This document shows positions 20,373 to 30,276 of a stretch of 64,000 nucleotides of DNA, piece after piece (position 1 is the first letter of the stretch; every line of letters starts with the position of its first letter). Source of the DNA: an uncultured Candidatus Peribacteria bacterium (GTDB lineage Bacteria; Patescibacteriota; Gracilibacteria; BD1-5; UBA2023). A model generated the notes under the pieces. It was not told where the DNA came from. It ran no database searches and was given only the letters and a program-made list of their open reading frames with translations. Location of the stretch: contig CAYZVC010000004.1 of assembly GCA_964482035.1 (NCBI GenBank), positions 19,572 to 83,571 of the forward strand, read 5' to 3'. Made by a program: the position numbers and the translations under genes.

Positions 20373-21695
20373 ATGGAAATGCAAACGGTAAAGATAGGCG
20401 ATCTGCTCAAAAGGCGAAAAACGCCAGTACCCATTCTTGACGATAGCCTTTACAGGCGCGTGACCATTCGGATGAATAAACAAGGGGCTGTAAAGAGGGA
20501 TGAGGTTCTTGGAAAGGACATCTGAACAAAACAACAATTCCTCGTCAAGGAAGGCGACTTCCTGATATCCAAAATCGATGCGAGAAATGGGGCTTTCTGA
20601 CTGGCCTCAAAAGATCTCGACGGCTCAATTATTACGTGAAGCTTTCTCGCATTTGAGATTAATACGGGGATCGTCGACCGGGAATATTTCATTTCTTTTG
20701 TCAATTCCTGAGAGTTTCAGGACATATGCAGAAGAAACAGTTCGGGCACGACGAACAGAAAAAATGTCGATGAGACGAAATTTTTAGATGCCGAAATCAC
20801 GGTTCCCGTTTCGATCGAAGATCAGAAAAGGATCGCGAACAAAGTGGGCCACTTGAACGGAATGATGGTTGCCGCAAGGAGCGAGCTGGAGGCTGCGGGC
20901 GAATGAATCAAAAACCTCCGCTCCTCCATCCTCCAAGACGCCATCCAAGGAAAACTCGTGCCGCAAAACCCTTCCGACGAACCGGCCAGCGTACTTTTGG
21001 AGCGGATACGGAAAGAGAAGGAAACGCTCGCGAAAACCGGAAAGATCAAGAAGCAAAAGAACCTCCCGCCGATTTCGCCGGAAGAGGTGCCTTTCGAGTT
21101 ACCGAAGGGGTGGGCATGGGTGAGGCTATGAGAAATACTCACCTACGTTCAACGTTGACCATCCGCTATTTACGCAGAACTGAGTGAAGTTGAGATAATT
21201 AATCAAAAATGCATCCAATGGAGTGGATTGGATTTACACGTAACGAAATACTACAAGACGGATCTAATATCAAAGTTGGATGAATGTCGTTTTATTAGAA
21301 GTAACGACATACTTTTAAACTCAACCGGAACATGAACTATTTGAAGGTGCCTTTTGGTGAATCAAATAAAAGAAAGAACATATATTGCCGACAGTCACGT
21401 AACCATACTAAGATCGTACATTTCAAACAGTTACATCAATCTATTCCTACGAACCCCGAGGATCCAAGGTCTCATAAACGGGGTTGGCTGATCCACGAAT
21501 CAAATAGAATTGAGCAAGGCCATGATTGAATCCCTCCCGATCCCCGTACCACCCATGTCGGAACAGATTCGTATTATCGCAAAAGTTAGTGAACTAATAT
21601 CCGATTGCGACAAGTTGGGAAAAACAGCCGAACGATCATTAAAAAACAGCGAAAAATTACTGGAAAGCAGTTTGGTCAAAGTCTTTAAAAACTAA
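20373..21695 (+). CDS. hsdS: type I R-M specificity subunit S
   Basis: Starts 1 nt after the hsdM stop; 10 in-frame TGAs fall on G in SSGTTNRK-type, VRL-G-EI, NSTGT-G-TI-G-R and G-STNQIELS contexts; two TRDs plus the conserved central and C-terminal helices. Confidence 0.9.
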
Positions 21696-21701
21696 TGCCA
21701 T

Positions 21702-23690
21702 GTGCCCGTGTCAACCAATTTCGTTCTTTGAACTTCCGACGAATTCATAAAGCGCAAGTACTGCAAGGATATTGGGAAAGCCATATCTGAACTGGTTTGG
21801 AATTCGCTAGATGCCAATGCGACTAAGGTAAAGATCTCTTTTGGAAAGGGGTGATTGTTTTGAGAGGGCGAATATTCAGTAATTCGAGACGTCATCATCG
21901 AGGACAACGGTGATGGGATTGACCTGATTGACGTCAATGGTGCATTCACGCACTTATGAAAATCATCGAAAGTTAAATGAATGAAGAATAGGAGCGGTCG
22001 TTTCGTGCACTGAAAGAACGGCGAATGACGGGCCTATACGATAGGACTTTGAGGAAAAACGACCTGGGAAAGCCGGTATTTAGATAAGATTCAGGATAAA
22101 GCCTTCTCGTTTTCGATCTCAAATTCCAGCTCATTAAGAAATTTTTCCGTATCGGATCAAATCGAAACCTCGAACAAAGAGACCTGAGTTACGGTGAAAG
22201 TTACCGAAATAAACGATGAGATCGCGAAACAAATCGACCTTAGAAAACTGAAACAGGTGCTTCTGCTTGAATTCGCACATTATCTCAAGACTTATGAGAA
22301 GGATGGCATCGAAATCGAGGTAGATGGCGAAATTCTCAATATCTCTGACGCACTGGCTTCCTCACCAAAAGAAGTCGATTTTTCCGCAAGAAATCCAACT
22401 GACAATAACTCATATCAGTTCAAGCTCGCCATATACCATTGGAAAGATAAATGAGTCCATGCCCGTTATTTCGTAAATTCGGATTTTTCAATCATACACG
22501 AAGACGGCAATACCTGAGTCACTAGAAAGGACTTCTGACATTCCATCTACATTTCCGGAGCCGTGATCGAGGAAAAGGCGAACGTTTTTCAACTTTTCAC
22601 CTCCGAACCTTTCTTCGCCCATATCAGCGATGCTGCGAAGGAAAAAATAGAAGGGTATTATCGCGAGTATTTCAAAAAGGAGATCGCCCCGACGATAGAA
22701 GCCTTCAAAAAGGCTGGAGTGTACCCTTATAAGGACACGCCTGATACGCCGGTGGAGAAGGACGAACGCATGGTCTTCGACGCATGCTTATTTGCGATAT
22801 CCTCCAATTCCGAAAAATTCCACAAGGATAGCGCCGAGTCTAAAAAAATAATGCTCAACCTACTGAAGGAGGCCATAGAGAAGGATGCCACTTCTATCAT
22901 TCCAATCTTCCAGAGCGTCCTGAATCTTCCACAAGACGAGATAAATGATTTGATCGAGCTCATAGATGAATACTCTTTATCCTACGTTATCAAACTGTCG
23001 AGAATCATTACCGACAAGCTCTCTTTGATCGAGGAATTGGGTCTTCTTATTCAAGATCCCGAATTTAAAGGCAAAACCCTTGAAAGGAAACATCTCCATA
23101 GGATACTCGAACGAGAGCTGTGGATTTTCTGAGATGGGTATACCGAATGAACGAGCGACAGAACGATGAAGGACGTACTGAAGACGCATATAAGGTTACT
23201 CGGAAGAGAAGACCTGATCGACGAAGCAGCACTATCCTCCGTTTCCAACGATAGGCCAGATCTTTTTATTTACAGGCAGTACCCGCAAACAAGGGAAAGC
23301 CACTTTGAACACCTTGTGGTCGAACTTAAAAGACCGTCGTTGAAACTTACGACAAATGAGCTTTCACAAATCGAAGACTATGCCGATCAGGTGTCTGAAG
23401 ATGCAAGGTTCGACAAGGAATCAGTCAAGTGGAAATTCATCCTAATCGGAGATGACATGGATTCCCAAGTCAGACGGAGAATCAATCAAAAAGGTTTTCC
23501 CGAAGGATGTTCAATGTTACAGGATAACTATGAAGTCTGGGTATATAGTTGGGCGAAACTCTTGCAAAATCTTCGCTGGAAATACCAATTCCTCAAACAG
23601 AAACTGGATAGCGAATCTTCGCAGAATCCGAGGGATTTCAAATACTTGAAGAGAACGTTTCCCGAGATTGTGGATGCGGTAAATCCTTAA
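21702..23690 (+). CDS. GHKL-type ATPase fused to a Shedu/DUF4263-like PD-(D/E)xK nuclease domain (candidate defence protein)
   Basis: One frame (GTG 21702 to TAA 23688-23690) with about 14 TGA=Gly; Bergerat motifs AISELVWNSLDANA and EDNGDGID, then G-KSSKVK-G...GRFVH-G-KNGE-G-R; C-terminus LHRILERELWIF-G-DGY...RPDLFIYR...HLVVELKRP...QIEDYADQV. Confidence 0.7.
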
Positions 23691-23712
23691 TTCATCAATA
23701 ACCGCTTATCAA

Positions 23713-24036
23713 ATGGCAACAAAAAAGGAAATGGTGGACAAGGCACTATCCCATGTAAAGAATTTCGAATCGATCAAAGGACTTGTAACCATCGTGGAAC
23801 TGAAGGATGGAAAAACTGTAGTCAACCAGCGCGCCATGTATCGATGATCGAAATACACTAAAAGGGATTGGTGTTTCAGAACAGTCAGTGCAGTTATCAG
23901 AAATAATCCGTTCGACGAGACTCGTCCGAGCGTTTTCCAGATGAATCTGGACATTTCTAATATCAAAAGTCTAAGGGTGATTGCTAGCGATCAAGAGATT
24001 CGAGGCAATTCAACCGGCATCTCTGAGCGTAAGTAA
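23713..24036 (+). CDS. small hypothetical protein (107 aa)
   Basis: ATG 23713 to TAA 24034-24036 with one in-frame TGA (23845-23847); missed by the ORF track because it is split; competes with antisense ORF 23709-23966. Confidence 0.4.
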
Positions 24037-24054
24037 GACATATGCGACAACTCA

Positions 24055-24088
24055 AAAACCCCCTTTTCTTTTCGAGAAGGGGGTTTCA
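24055..24088. terminator. bidirectional intrinsic terminator
   Basis: AACCCCCTT / AAGGGGGTT stem flanked by an A-run and a T-run, between convergent genes. Confidence 0.65.
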
Positions 24089-24107
24089 GTAATGAGGGCT
24101 CGCTATT

Positions 24108-24641
24108 TTACACCGGAATGCTCATGGAACCATTACCAGATTCCCGAACAAATCTAACCATTTCTGTTTTAGTCTCGTTAAACTCGATATACAGGCCAAA
24201 TTTATACCCGAGTTGAACGGTGTACTCCGTTATCTTTCGTTTATCAAAATCCCGATAGGTCTCGCCTGATTTACGAGTGGCATCAGCATATTTTTTCTTC
24301 TTAACCTCTATAATAAGCAAATTTTTTTGATTCCCAGTCCTGTCATGCACTATTATGTCTGGAAATACTGTCGTTCACTTTTCATCGGTAGAATCGGTAT
24401 CTTCGACATCCAAATTAAGGCGCTTGGCCATAAAATGGCCATCTTCATCAACCTGGTACATTTTGTTGTATTCGCAATCGATGTCATACCCAGGGAAAAG
24501 ATCGACTATAAATTCCGCTAATTTATGGGTAATCGACCTTTCGTTCACATCCTGGCATAACAAAAATTTCTCTTTCACGGTAAATTGCCGAACACGGTCT
24601 TCTACGTCTTCCCAAGTAAATTCCACATCTTGTGATGTCAT
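24108..24641 (-). CDS. PD-(D/E)xK nuclease-fold protein (177 aa)
   Basis: Pieces 24108-24350 and 24375-24641 are in frame and joined by TGA; ERSITHKLAEF...VFPDIIVHDRTGNQKNLLIIEVKKK (D...ExK pattern). Confidence 0.6.
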
Positions 24642-24714
24642 GCGTTGATGTTCAATAGAGATAGAGCGAACACAATCCAGCTAACGATTAATCAATCCAG
24701 GATACTGGCAGCCA

Positions 24715-25591
24715 CTATTTTGGATTGATTATAACTTTGACGGCCTTTCACGGTTTTGATTGCCCCTCCAAATCTTGGATAAGTCACTTTTTATTCCGAA
24801 CGTAATCCCCTTTGTCGTAAATAAAGACCAAAAGGGTGCGATAACTCGGGTGCTGGTTGTACCTGACTATGTCAATGGCGATTTGTTCACCCAACTCTTT
24901 ATCTTTCAATTTCTCAGAAGCCATTTTCGTCTCAATGATGATCCCCTCTTCGGGCAAGACCATATCTATTCTCGAATTTCATCATGCGCTACTTGGCGAA
25001 TAGTCCTCCGCTCTCACATCTCAATAAAACATTTTCAATACAGATCTCAGTAAATCCTGAACATCATATTCGTCACTTATGGACAAGGTCTCCCTATTTG
25101 CATGCCTATATCTCAGCTCTTGAGCGCATTTGTGAAATCATTCGCATAAACTAGCAATATGCGCAAGGGCGTCCTTTTCCTCATTCTCGTAAACTTCTTC
25201 GTTAATAGGGATAAGATCGGCCTTGTTTAGCAAGATTTCCAATATGTATCTTCTTCTTTATGTCGTCCTTAAGGTCTTTGATCTTCTCGGATAGGTAGAT
25301 TTCGCGGTATCATCATACAAACACCATTCAAATCGATTCGTATTCCTCAAGATACGGATTCTCTTGATAGCTGTAACTCACCTTAAGAAATTCCCTGTTC
25401 CAATGGTCCCATTTTGAGTATTTTTGTTTCAATTCTTCAAGCTCCTCCTCTCGACGAATCTCTTCGTCGTATAAATCACGTCAGGAGTTGATTCGATCTT
25501 TGATAGTCTGCTTGAATTTCTCCTTTGGGATTATAAGTCTTGCGGGTCAATACATCTCAGAAACCGTCGGTGCCGTCCTCACTTTAGCCAT
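24715..25591 (-). pseudogene. coiled-coil plus PD-(D/E)xK nuclease gene split over two overlapping frames (frameshifted, or two genes)
   Basis: Frame A 25591-25202 (MAKVRT...KKKIHIGNLAKQGRSYPY*) overlaps frame B 25242-24715 (LEILLNKADLIP...DEYDVQDLLRSVL...SRIDMVLPEEGIIIETK...LLVFIYD); skipping one base near 25243 would give ...KKKIHIEILLNKADL... Confidence 0.45.
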
Positions 25592-25874
25592 ATGATTTCG
25601 CTTTAGTCATGTAATTAGGACCAATGTGATTCATTTTTACCGGTCGCATTTAGGTAAACACACTTTACCTAAAAAATCTGAAATAACACACGGTACTGAA
25701 TCAGCGCTATAAAGCCTTCTTGGAATTCTCCACGAAAGTTCGAAGATTACGACCCTTTAAGACCTCCAAGAACAATCAAAATCCCCCTGTCCGCAAGGAT
25801 GGGGGGATTTTCGTGCCAAAGCGCCATAATCGAGTAAAATCCATAGTAGGAATACGATTCCCTCTCTTCCGAAC

Positions 25875-26447
25875 ATGCCATTTTCCAAAGCATTCCCCGA
25901 TACATGGAACGAAGCTGTTGCCGAATTGTCTGCCTCGATGCGTTTCTCCGATTTTCCCTACAATCGAAATATTTCGTTTTTCAAAGCTTTCGTAAATGGA
26001 CGGGAATTTGAAATCCCTCAAAGGATCACGTTCGATCAGTTGGACGATACGCCCTTGGATAAGGAAAGCGCTACGATTTACGCTTGCATGCTCTCTCGAC
26101 ACGTCGACGGACACCTGAGGGGAGAATGAGCGAAACTCCTTGCTCTCCACGAAGAGGACTGGATCATGCCATACGTTTTGCGCTTAATCGGAGAATACGT
26201 ACCGGGAATATCGGCCGTACTTCTCCAAGGCATTGGAAGATTCAATCCGAAAGAATTGAACTCCTTCCTGAAAGCCAACCCCGAGCTCTACGAACTCGTC
26301 CAAAGGCAGGCAATAAGCTATCACAACGAATACTACCGAGAAATTCCACTGACGGAATATCCGCCATTTTTAGCATTGAAACGCATTTCCGAGGTTGGAA
26401 AAATACCGCTTTCCCGAAAAGTTTTCTCAGTAAACAACATCAATTAA
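25875..26447 (+). CDS. hypothetical protein (190 aa)
   Basis: Pieces 25875-26129 and 26166-26447 are in frame and joined by TGA 26127-26129; TAA stop. Confidence 0.55.
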
Positions 26448-26466
26448 GACCCCCCTCATTTCCCAT

Positions 26467-26496
26467 TTGACTTAAAGCACTTTAAGTTATTAGACT
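26467..26496 (+). promoter_or_regulatory. MerR-type promoter/operator (TTGACT, dyad, TAGACT)
   Basis: TTGACT 26467-26472 and TAGACT 26491-26496 with an 18-nt spacer containing the dyad ACTTAAAG-CA-CTTTAAGT (26470-26487), just upstream of the merR-family gene. Confidence 0.5.
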
Positions 26497-26522
26497 GTGC
26501 GCAGGTATTTCCGAAACCTCCC

Positions 26523-26963
26523 ATGCGCCGATATTCCATCAAAGAAACCGCCGAGCTCAGCGGACTCCCCGAAAGCACCCTCCGCTACTACGAAACCATG
26601 GGTCTCATCGGCCCCATAGAGCGCGACGGGAGCAGCAAGCACCGCACGTACGGCGAAGACGACGTGAACCTCATCGTGGGGATCGCGTGTTTGAGCGCGA
26701 CCGGGATGTCGATCGCGGACATGCGGAAATACCTGGACAACTTCCGATCCGGAAAGGACGCCGCCAAAGAACAGAAGTCGCTTTTGGAAACGCAGAAGAA
26801 ACTCCTTGCGAAAGAAGCCGAATCCGTCGTGCTCCGGCAAAAATACGTAGACGTGAAAATCGCCTACTGGAGCGCCGTGGAAGCCGGAGACGAAGCCGCG
26901 AAGAACGCCGCGTCCGAAAAGGCGTGGCAACTGGCGGCGAAGCTGAAGAATTCGAAAAAATAA
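26523..26963 (+). CDS. MerR-family transcriptional regulator (AdhR/NmlR-like)
   Basis: [32 protein letters not shown]; conserved Cys in [12 protein letters not shown]; coiled-coil C-terminus. Confidence 0.9.
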   Translation: MRRYSIKETAELSGLPESTLRYYETMGLIGPIERDGSSKHRTYGEDDVNLIVGIACLSATGMSIADMRKYLDNFRSGKDAAKEQKSLLETQKKLLAKEAESVVLRQKYVDVKIAYWSAVEAGDEAAKNAASEKAWQLAAKLKNSKK

Positions 26964-26974
26964 TCCCCCACCCC

Positions 26975-28012
26975 ATGATTCAGACAAAATCCCGCGCCGT
27001 TTTCGGCGCTACCGAAGCCTTCGTACCCTACGCGCTCGAACGCCGCGAAGTCGGAGAAAAAGACGTGCTCATCGAAATCAAATACGCCGGCATCTGCCAC
27101 AGCGACATCCATAACGCCCGCGGCGAATGGGGGCGTTCTAAGTACCCGATGGTTCCCGGCCACGAAATCGCCGGAATCGTTACGGCCGTAGGTTCTGAAG
27201 TCACGAAACACTCCGTGGGCGACCGCGTGGGCGTTGGCTGCATGGTGGATTCGTGCCGCGAATGCGGCCACTGCCACGACGGCGAAGAACAGTTCTGCAA
27301 GGCCTGCGTATACACCTACGGGGGCGTCGGAAAAGACGGAACCCCCACCCAAGGCGGATATTCGAGCCATATCGTAGTGACGGAGGATTTCGTAGTGCGC
27401 ATCCCCGATTCTATTCCGCTCGACAAAGCCGCTCCGCTCCTTTGCGCGGGCATTACCACGTACTCCCCGCTAAACCGCTGGAACGCCGGCGTCGGAAGGA
27501 AAGTGGCCGTCGTGGGCATGGGCGGACTCGGGCACATGGCCGTAAAGATCGCGAGCGCCATGGGCGCCGAAGTCACCGTCCTCTCGCAGTCGCTCAGCAA
27601 AAAGGAAGACGGCATTCGCTTCGGGGCGAAAGACTACCGCTCCACGAAAGACCCGTCGACCTTCGCCGAACTGAAGGGAAAATTCGACCTCATCCTCAAT
27701 ACCGTCAGCGCCAAAATCGACGTGGACGCCTACCTTTCGCTTCTCGCGGTGGACGGCTCGCTCGTCAACGTGGGAGCTCCGGCGGAAGCCCTCTCCGTCA
27801 ATGTTTTCTCGCTCATCATGCAGCGCAAATCGTTCTCGGGGTCGCTTATCGGCGGAATCCGCGAAACGCAGAAAATGCTCGATTTCTGCGCGGAACACGG
27901 CATCGCTCCGGAAATCGAAACCATCTCTGCCGACCAAATCGACGCCGCCTACGAACGGATGCTGAAATCCGACGTGAAATACCGCTTCGTCATCGATACG
28001 GCGACGTTGTAG
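26975..28012 (+). CDS. Zn-dependent NAD(P) alcohol dehydrogenase (YahK/AdhA cinnamyl-ADH type)
   Basis: [40 protein letters not shown] motifs; 345 aa, no TGA; TAG stop. Confidence 0.9.
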   Translation: MIQTKSRAVFGATEAFVPYALERREVGEKDVLIEIKYAGICHSDIHNARGEWGRSKYPMVPGHEIAGIVTAVGSEVTKHSVGDRVGVGCMVDSCRECGHCHDGEEQFCKACVYTYGGVGKDGTPTQGGYSSHIVVTEDFVVRIPDSIPLDKAAPLLCAGITTYSPLNRWNAGVGRKVAVVGMGGLGHMAVKIASAMGAEVTVLSQSLSKKEDGIRFGAKDYRSTKDPSTFAELKGKFDLILNTVSAKIDVDAYLSLLAVDGSLVNVGAPAEALSVNVFSLIMQRKSFSGSLIGGIRETQKMLDFCAEHGIAPEIETISADQIDAAYERMLKSDVKYRFVIDTATL

Positions 28013-28042
28013 GGATTATTCAAGAATCCCTACCGCTCCATA

Positions 28043-28624
28043 TTACCGCAAGAAAAACGCTTCCCGGGAGTCGCCGGTAAGGGCGTCCACGTAGTCGTAT
28101 TTGCGCGCGCGGTCTCAGAACTTCGACAGCACCGCCTTTGACCGCAAGTTGTCTTCGTTGCAACAAGCCGAAAGCCCGGACAATCCCCAAACTCTCTGAA
28201 CGTGCCTCAGCCATTGCGCGATCAGCGCCGTTCAGAGCCCCTGGTCGCAGTAGGCGTCGAAAAGCTCGATGCCGAGATTTCAAAGTCGGCGCTCGTCCGA
28301 CCTGTTGCGGAACTGGCGGTGGGTCAACGTCCCGATCCACTCGCCTTCGCGGGTCACACAATATTCGTCGCTCTCCCGTATGCCGTATTCCTCGGTGACC
28401 TTCCTTCGCAATTCTTCCTGCGCGGTTTCGGAACAGAGATATCAAACGTAGTACTCCACGTTTTCTTTGACGAGATCGACGGTTACGCCGGCTTTTTTCC
28501 AATTCGAAAATATGTCGTTCACGGCCAGGGATCCGGCAATCCTTTCTGCATTCTCGGGCGCGAATCGAATGAGGGAGAAGTCTCCGCTGAGACGCATACG
28601 GCTTTCGTTCATCCTGTTTGCCAA
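28043..28624 (-). CDS. GNAT-family N-acetyltransferase
   Basis: Frame continues through 4 TGAs below ORF 28442-28624; motif A GIELFDAYCDQGL-G-TALIAQWL with the G encoded by TGA; TAA 28043-28045. Confidence 0.75.
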
Positions 28625-28868
28625 AGTGGGTATTGAACTTACTTATAATAATCGAGACACGTTTGTCAAAACGTGCGCGCCATTGGACTGTCGAGCGAAC
28701 TCGTGTACTATGGACGCGATATCCGTAAATATCCCCCGCATGGGGCTCGCGCTCCAGAATCAGCCGAAGGAGCCATCGAACTTTCCACTCCGGTCGGAAA
28801 TCGAATTTGCCAAGAGCGTATCGGGAAAAGTCCAACGGATCGTCGGATAACGTAACCTTTTTCGGAAC

Positions 28869-29285
28869 ATGCCGCCCGCAAAAACCCCCCATACGAAGCC
28901 CGCGGTTAAGAAAACCCTGAGTTTCCGCGGCTTCACCCTCGCCGAACTCATCGTCGTCGTCACCATCCTCGCCATTTTGGCGACGATAGGTTTTTTGGCG
29001 CTCTCCGGCTATACGCAGGACGCCAAGGACGCCGGCGTGAAAACCAACGTCCGTTCGGTCTATACCGCAATCACCGCGGAAAGCGCGGTATCCGGAAATT
29101 CGCCCCGGTACTACGTCGTCCACGATCCGGACGCGGCCCTTTCGGGCGGAATCGTCTTCGTCAGCGGAAACCCGAACGTCCTTACCGGAGGCGACTGGAA
29201 TACGCCCGGAACGAACTATTCGGCGGGCAATCCCGATTACGTGAAGCTGAAGCTGAATCCTGAAAAATTCCGCATCGCTTCGGCG
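28869..29285 (+). repeat. pilin N-terminal module, paralogous copy 2
   Basis: See 7945-8350; similarity stops where the C-terminal domains begin. Confidence 0.7.
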
Positions 29286-30203
29286 TTCTGATTCTTCGAC
29301 TCGGCACAAGCGTTCGATACCAAACAGCCGGTCATTGGCGCGGCGGACATGACGGAAGGATCCTCGGGCGCAAGGTTGACCCGTTCGGTCGGCTACGTTC
29401 AAGTCGTCTGAGCGCAGCCTTCCGGTTCGTACGTGGTCGTGGGGAATTACCCGACGACGGTTTCGGGTTCGGTCTCGGGACTCGTGAAAGATCCTTCGTC
29501 AAATAGCCTTACGGGCGCGGTGGTCGAGGGCGGTACTGCCGGCTCCTCTTCGACGAGCGGCCCGGTGACGGTAACGGTTTCGTCGAATTCGTACGACTAC
29601 GACATGTTCGTTGCCGCAGGATCCCCCTCCGGACCGGTTTCCGTTACGGTAACGCTCGCTCCGGGGACGGTGCTCTGAGCTTCAACGACCTCGAAGTACG
29701 CCTTCGATACGGGAACGGGATGGGCTGCGGGCTCGACGCTCAAGCTCGTCGTCTGAACCGGCGCGTACGTCAGCGGACGCGGCGGAAACGGCGGCGGTGC
29801 CGGGCGTTCGTACGCCGGAGACGCTGGAGGTCCTGCGTTCCGTGCGCAATACCCCATCTCGGTCACGAATTTTTGAACCATCCAATGAGGCGGAGGAGGA
29901 GGCTGATCGAGGCCGGACCTCTCTTGGTGAGGCGGCGGCGGTTGAGCCGGCGCGGACGGATGAGTGGGATGAGTGGGCGGAGGATACGACGACGGCCAAT
30001 GACCCAACGGCCGCGTAGGAACGCTTACGGCATGAGGAATCTGAGGATTCTACTACGGAGGAGGCGGGGGAGGACCCGGTGCGGCAGGAGCGGCATCGGC
30101 CACCATCGGACCCCAGCCCGGCTGAGCCGGCGGAGCGGCGGTAACCGGAAATGCGAAAGTCACTTGGACGGCAGCGGGAACGAGATTGGGGGCGGTGAAT
30201 TAA
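28869..30203 (+). CDS. type IV pilin-like protein, paralogue of 7945-9255, with a different Gly-rich C-terminal domain
   Basis: SFRG/FTLAELIVVVTILAILA prepilin motif; pieces 28869-29291, 29433-29678 and onward share one frame to TAA 30201-30203; 15 in-frame TGAs by my count, 13 of them in the GGGGG-type tail. Confidence 0.8.
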
Positions 30204-30276
30204 TCCGCGGTTCCGCGATTATGCGAACCGGGATTTTTCGCTATACTTTCCCTATCGTTTTTAAAATCGAACCACC

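Noticed and set aside
16122-26470. Looked for an integrase, transposase, IS ends or direct repeats bounding the defence island
   Set aside because: I recognised no recombinase-like ORF on either strand under either genetic code, and no convincing att repeat by eye. The region is therefore not called a mobile_element.
28020-30007. 460-aa minus-strand ORF, and Pro-rich minus-strand ORFs under the pilin-2 tail
   Set aside because: They overlap the GNAT gene out of frame and lie antisense to pilin-2. The Pro-rich stretches are simply the complement of the GGN/TGA glycine tract.
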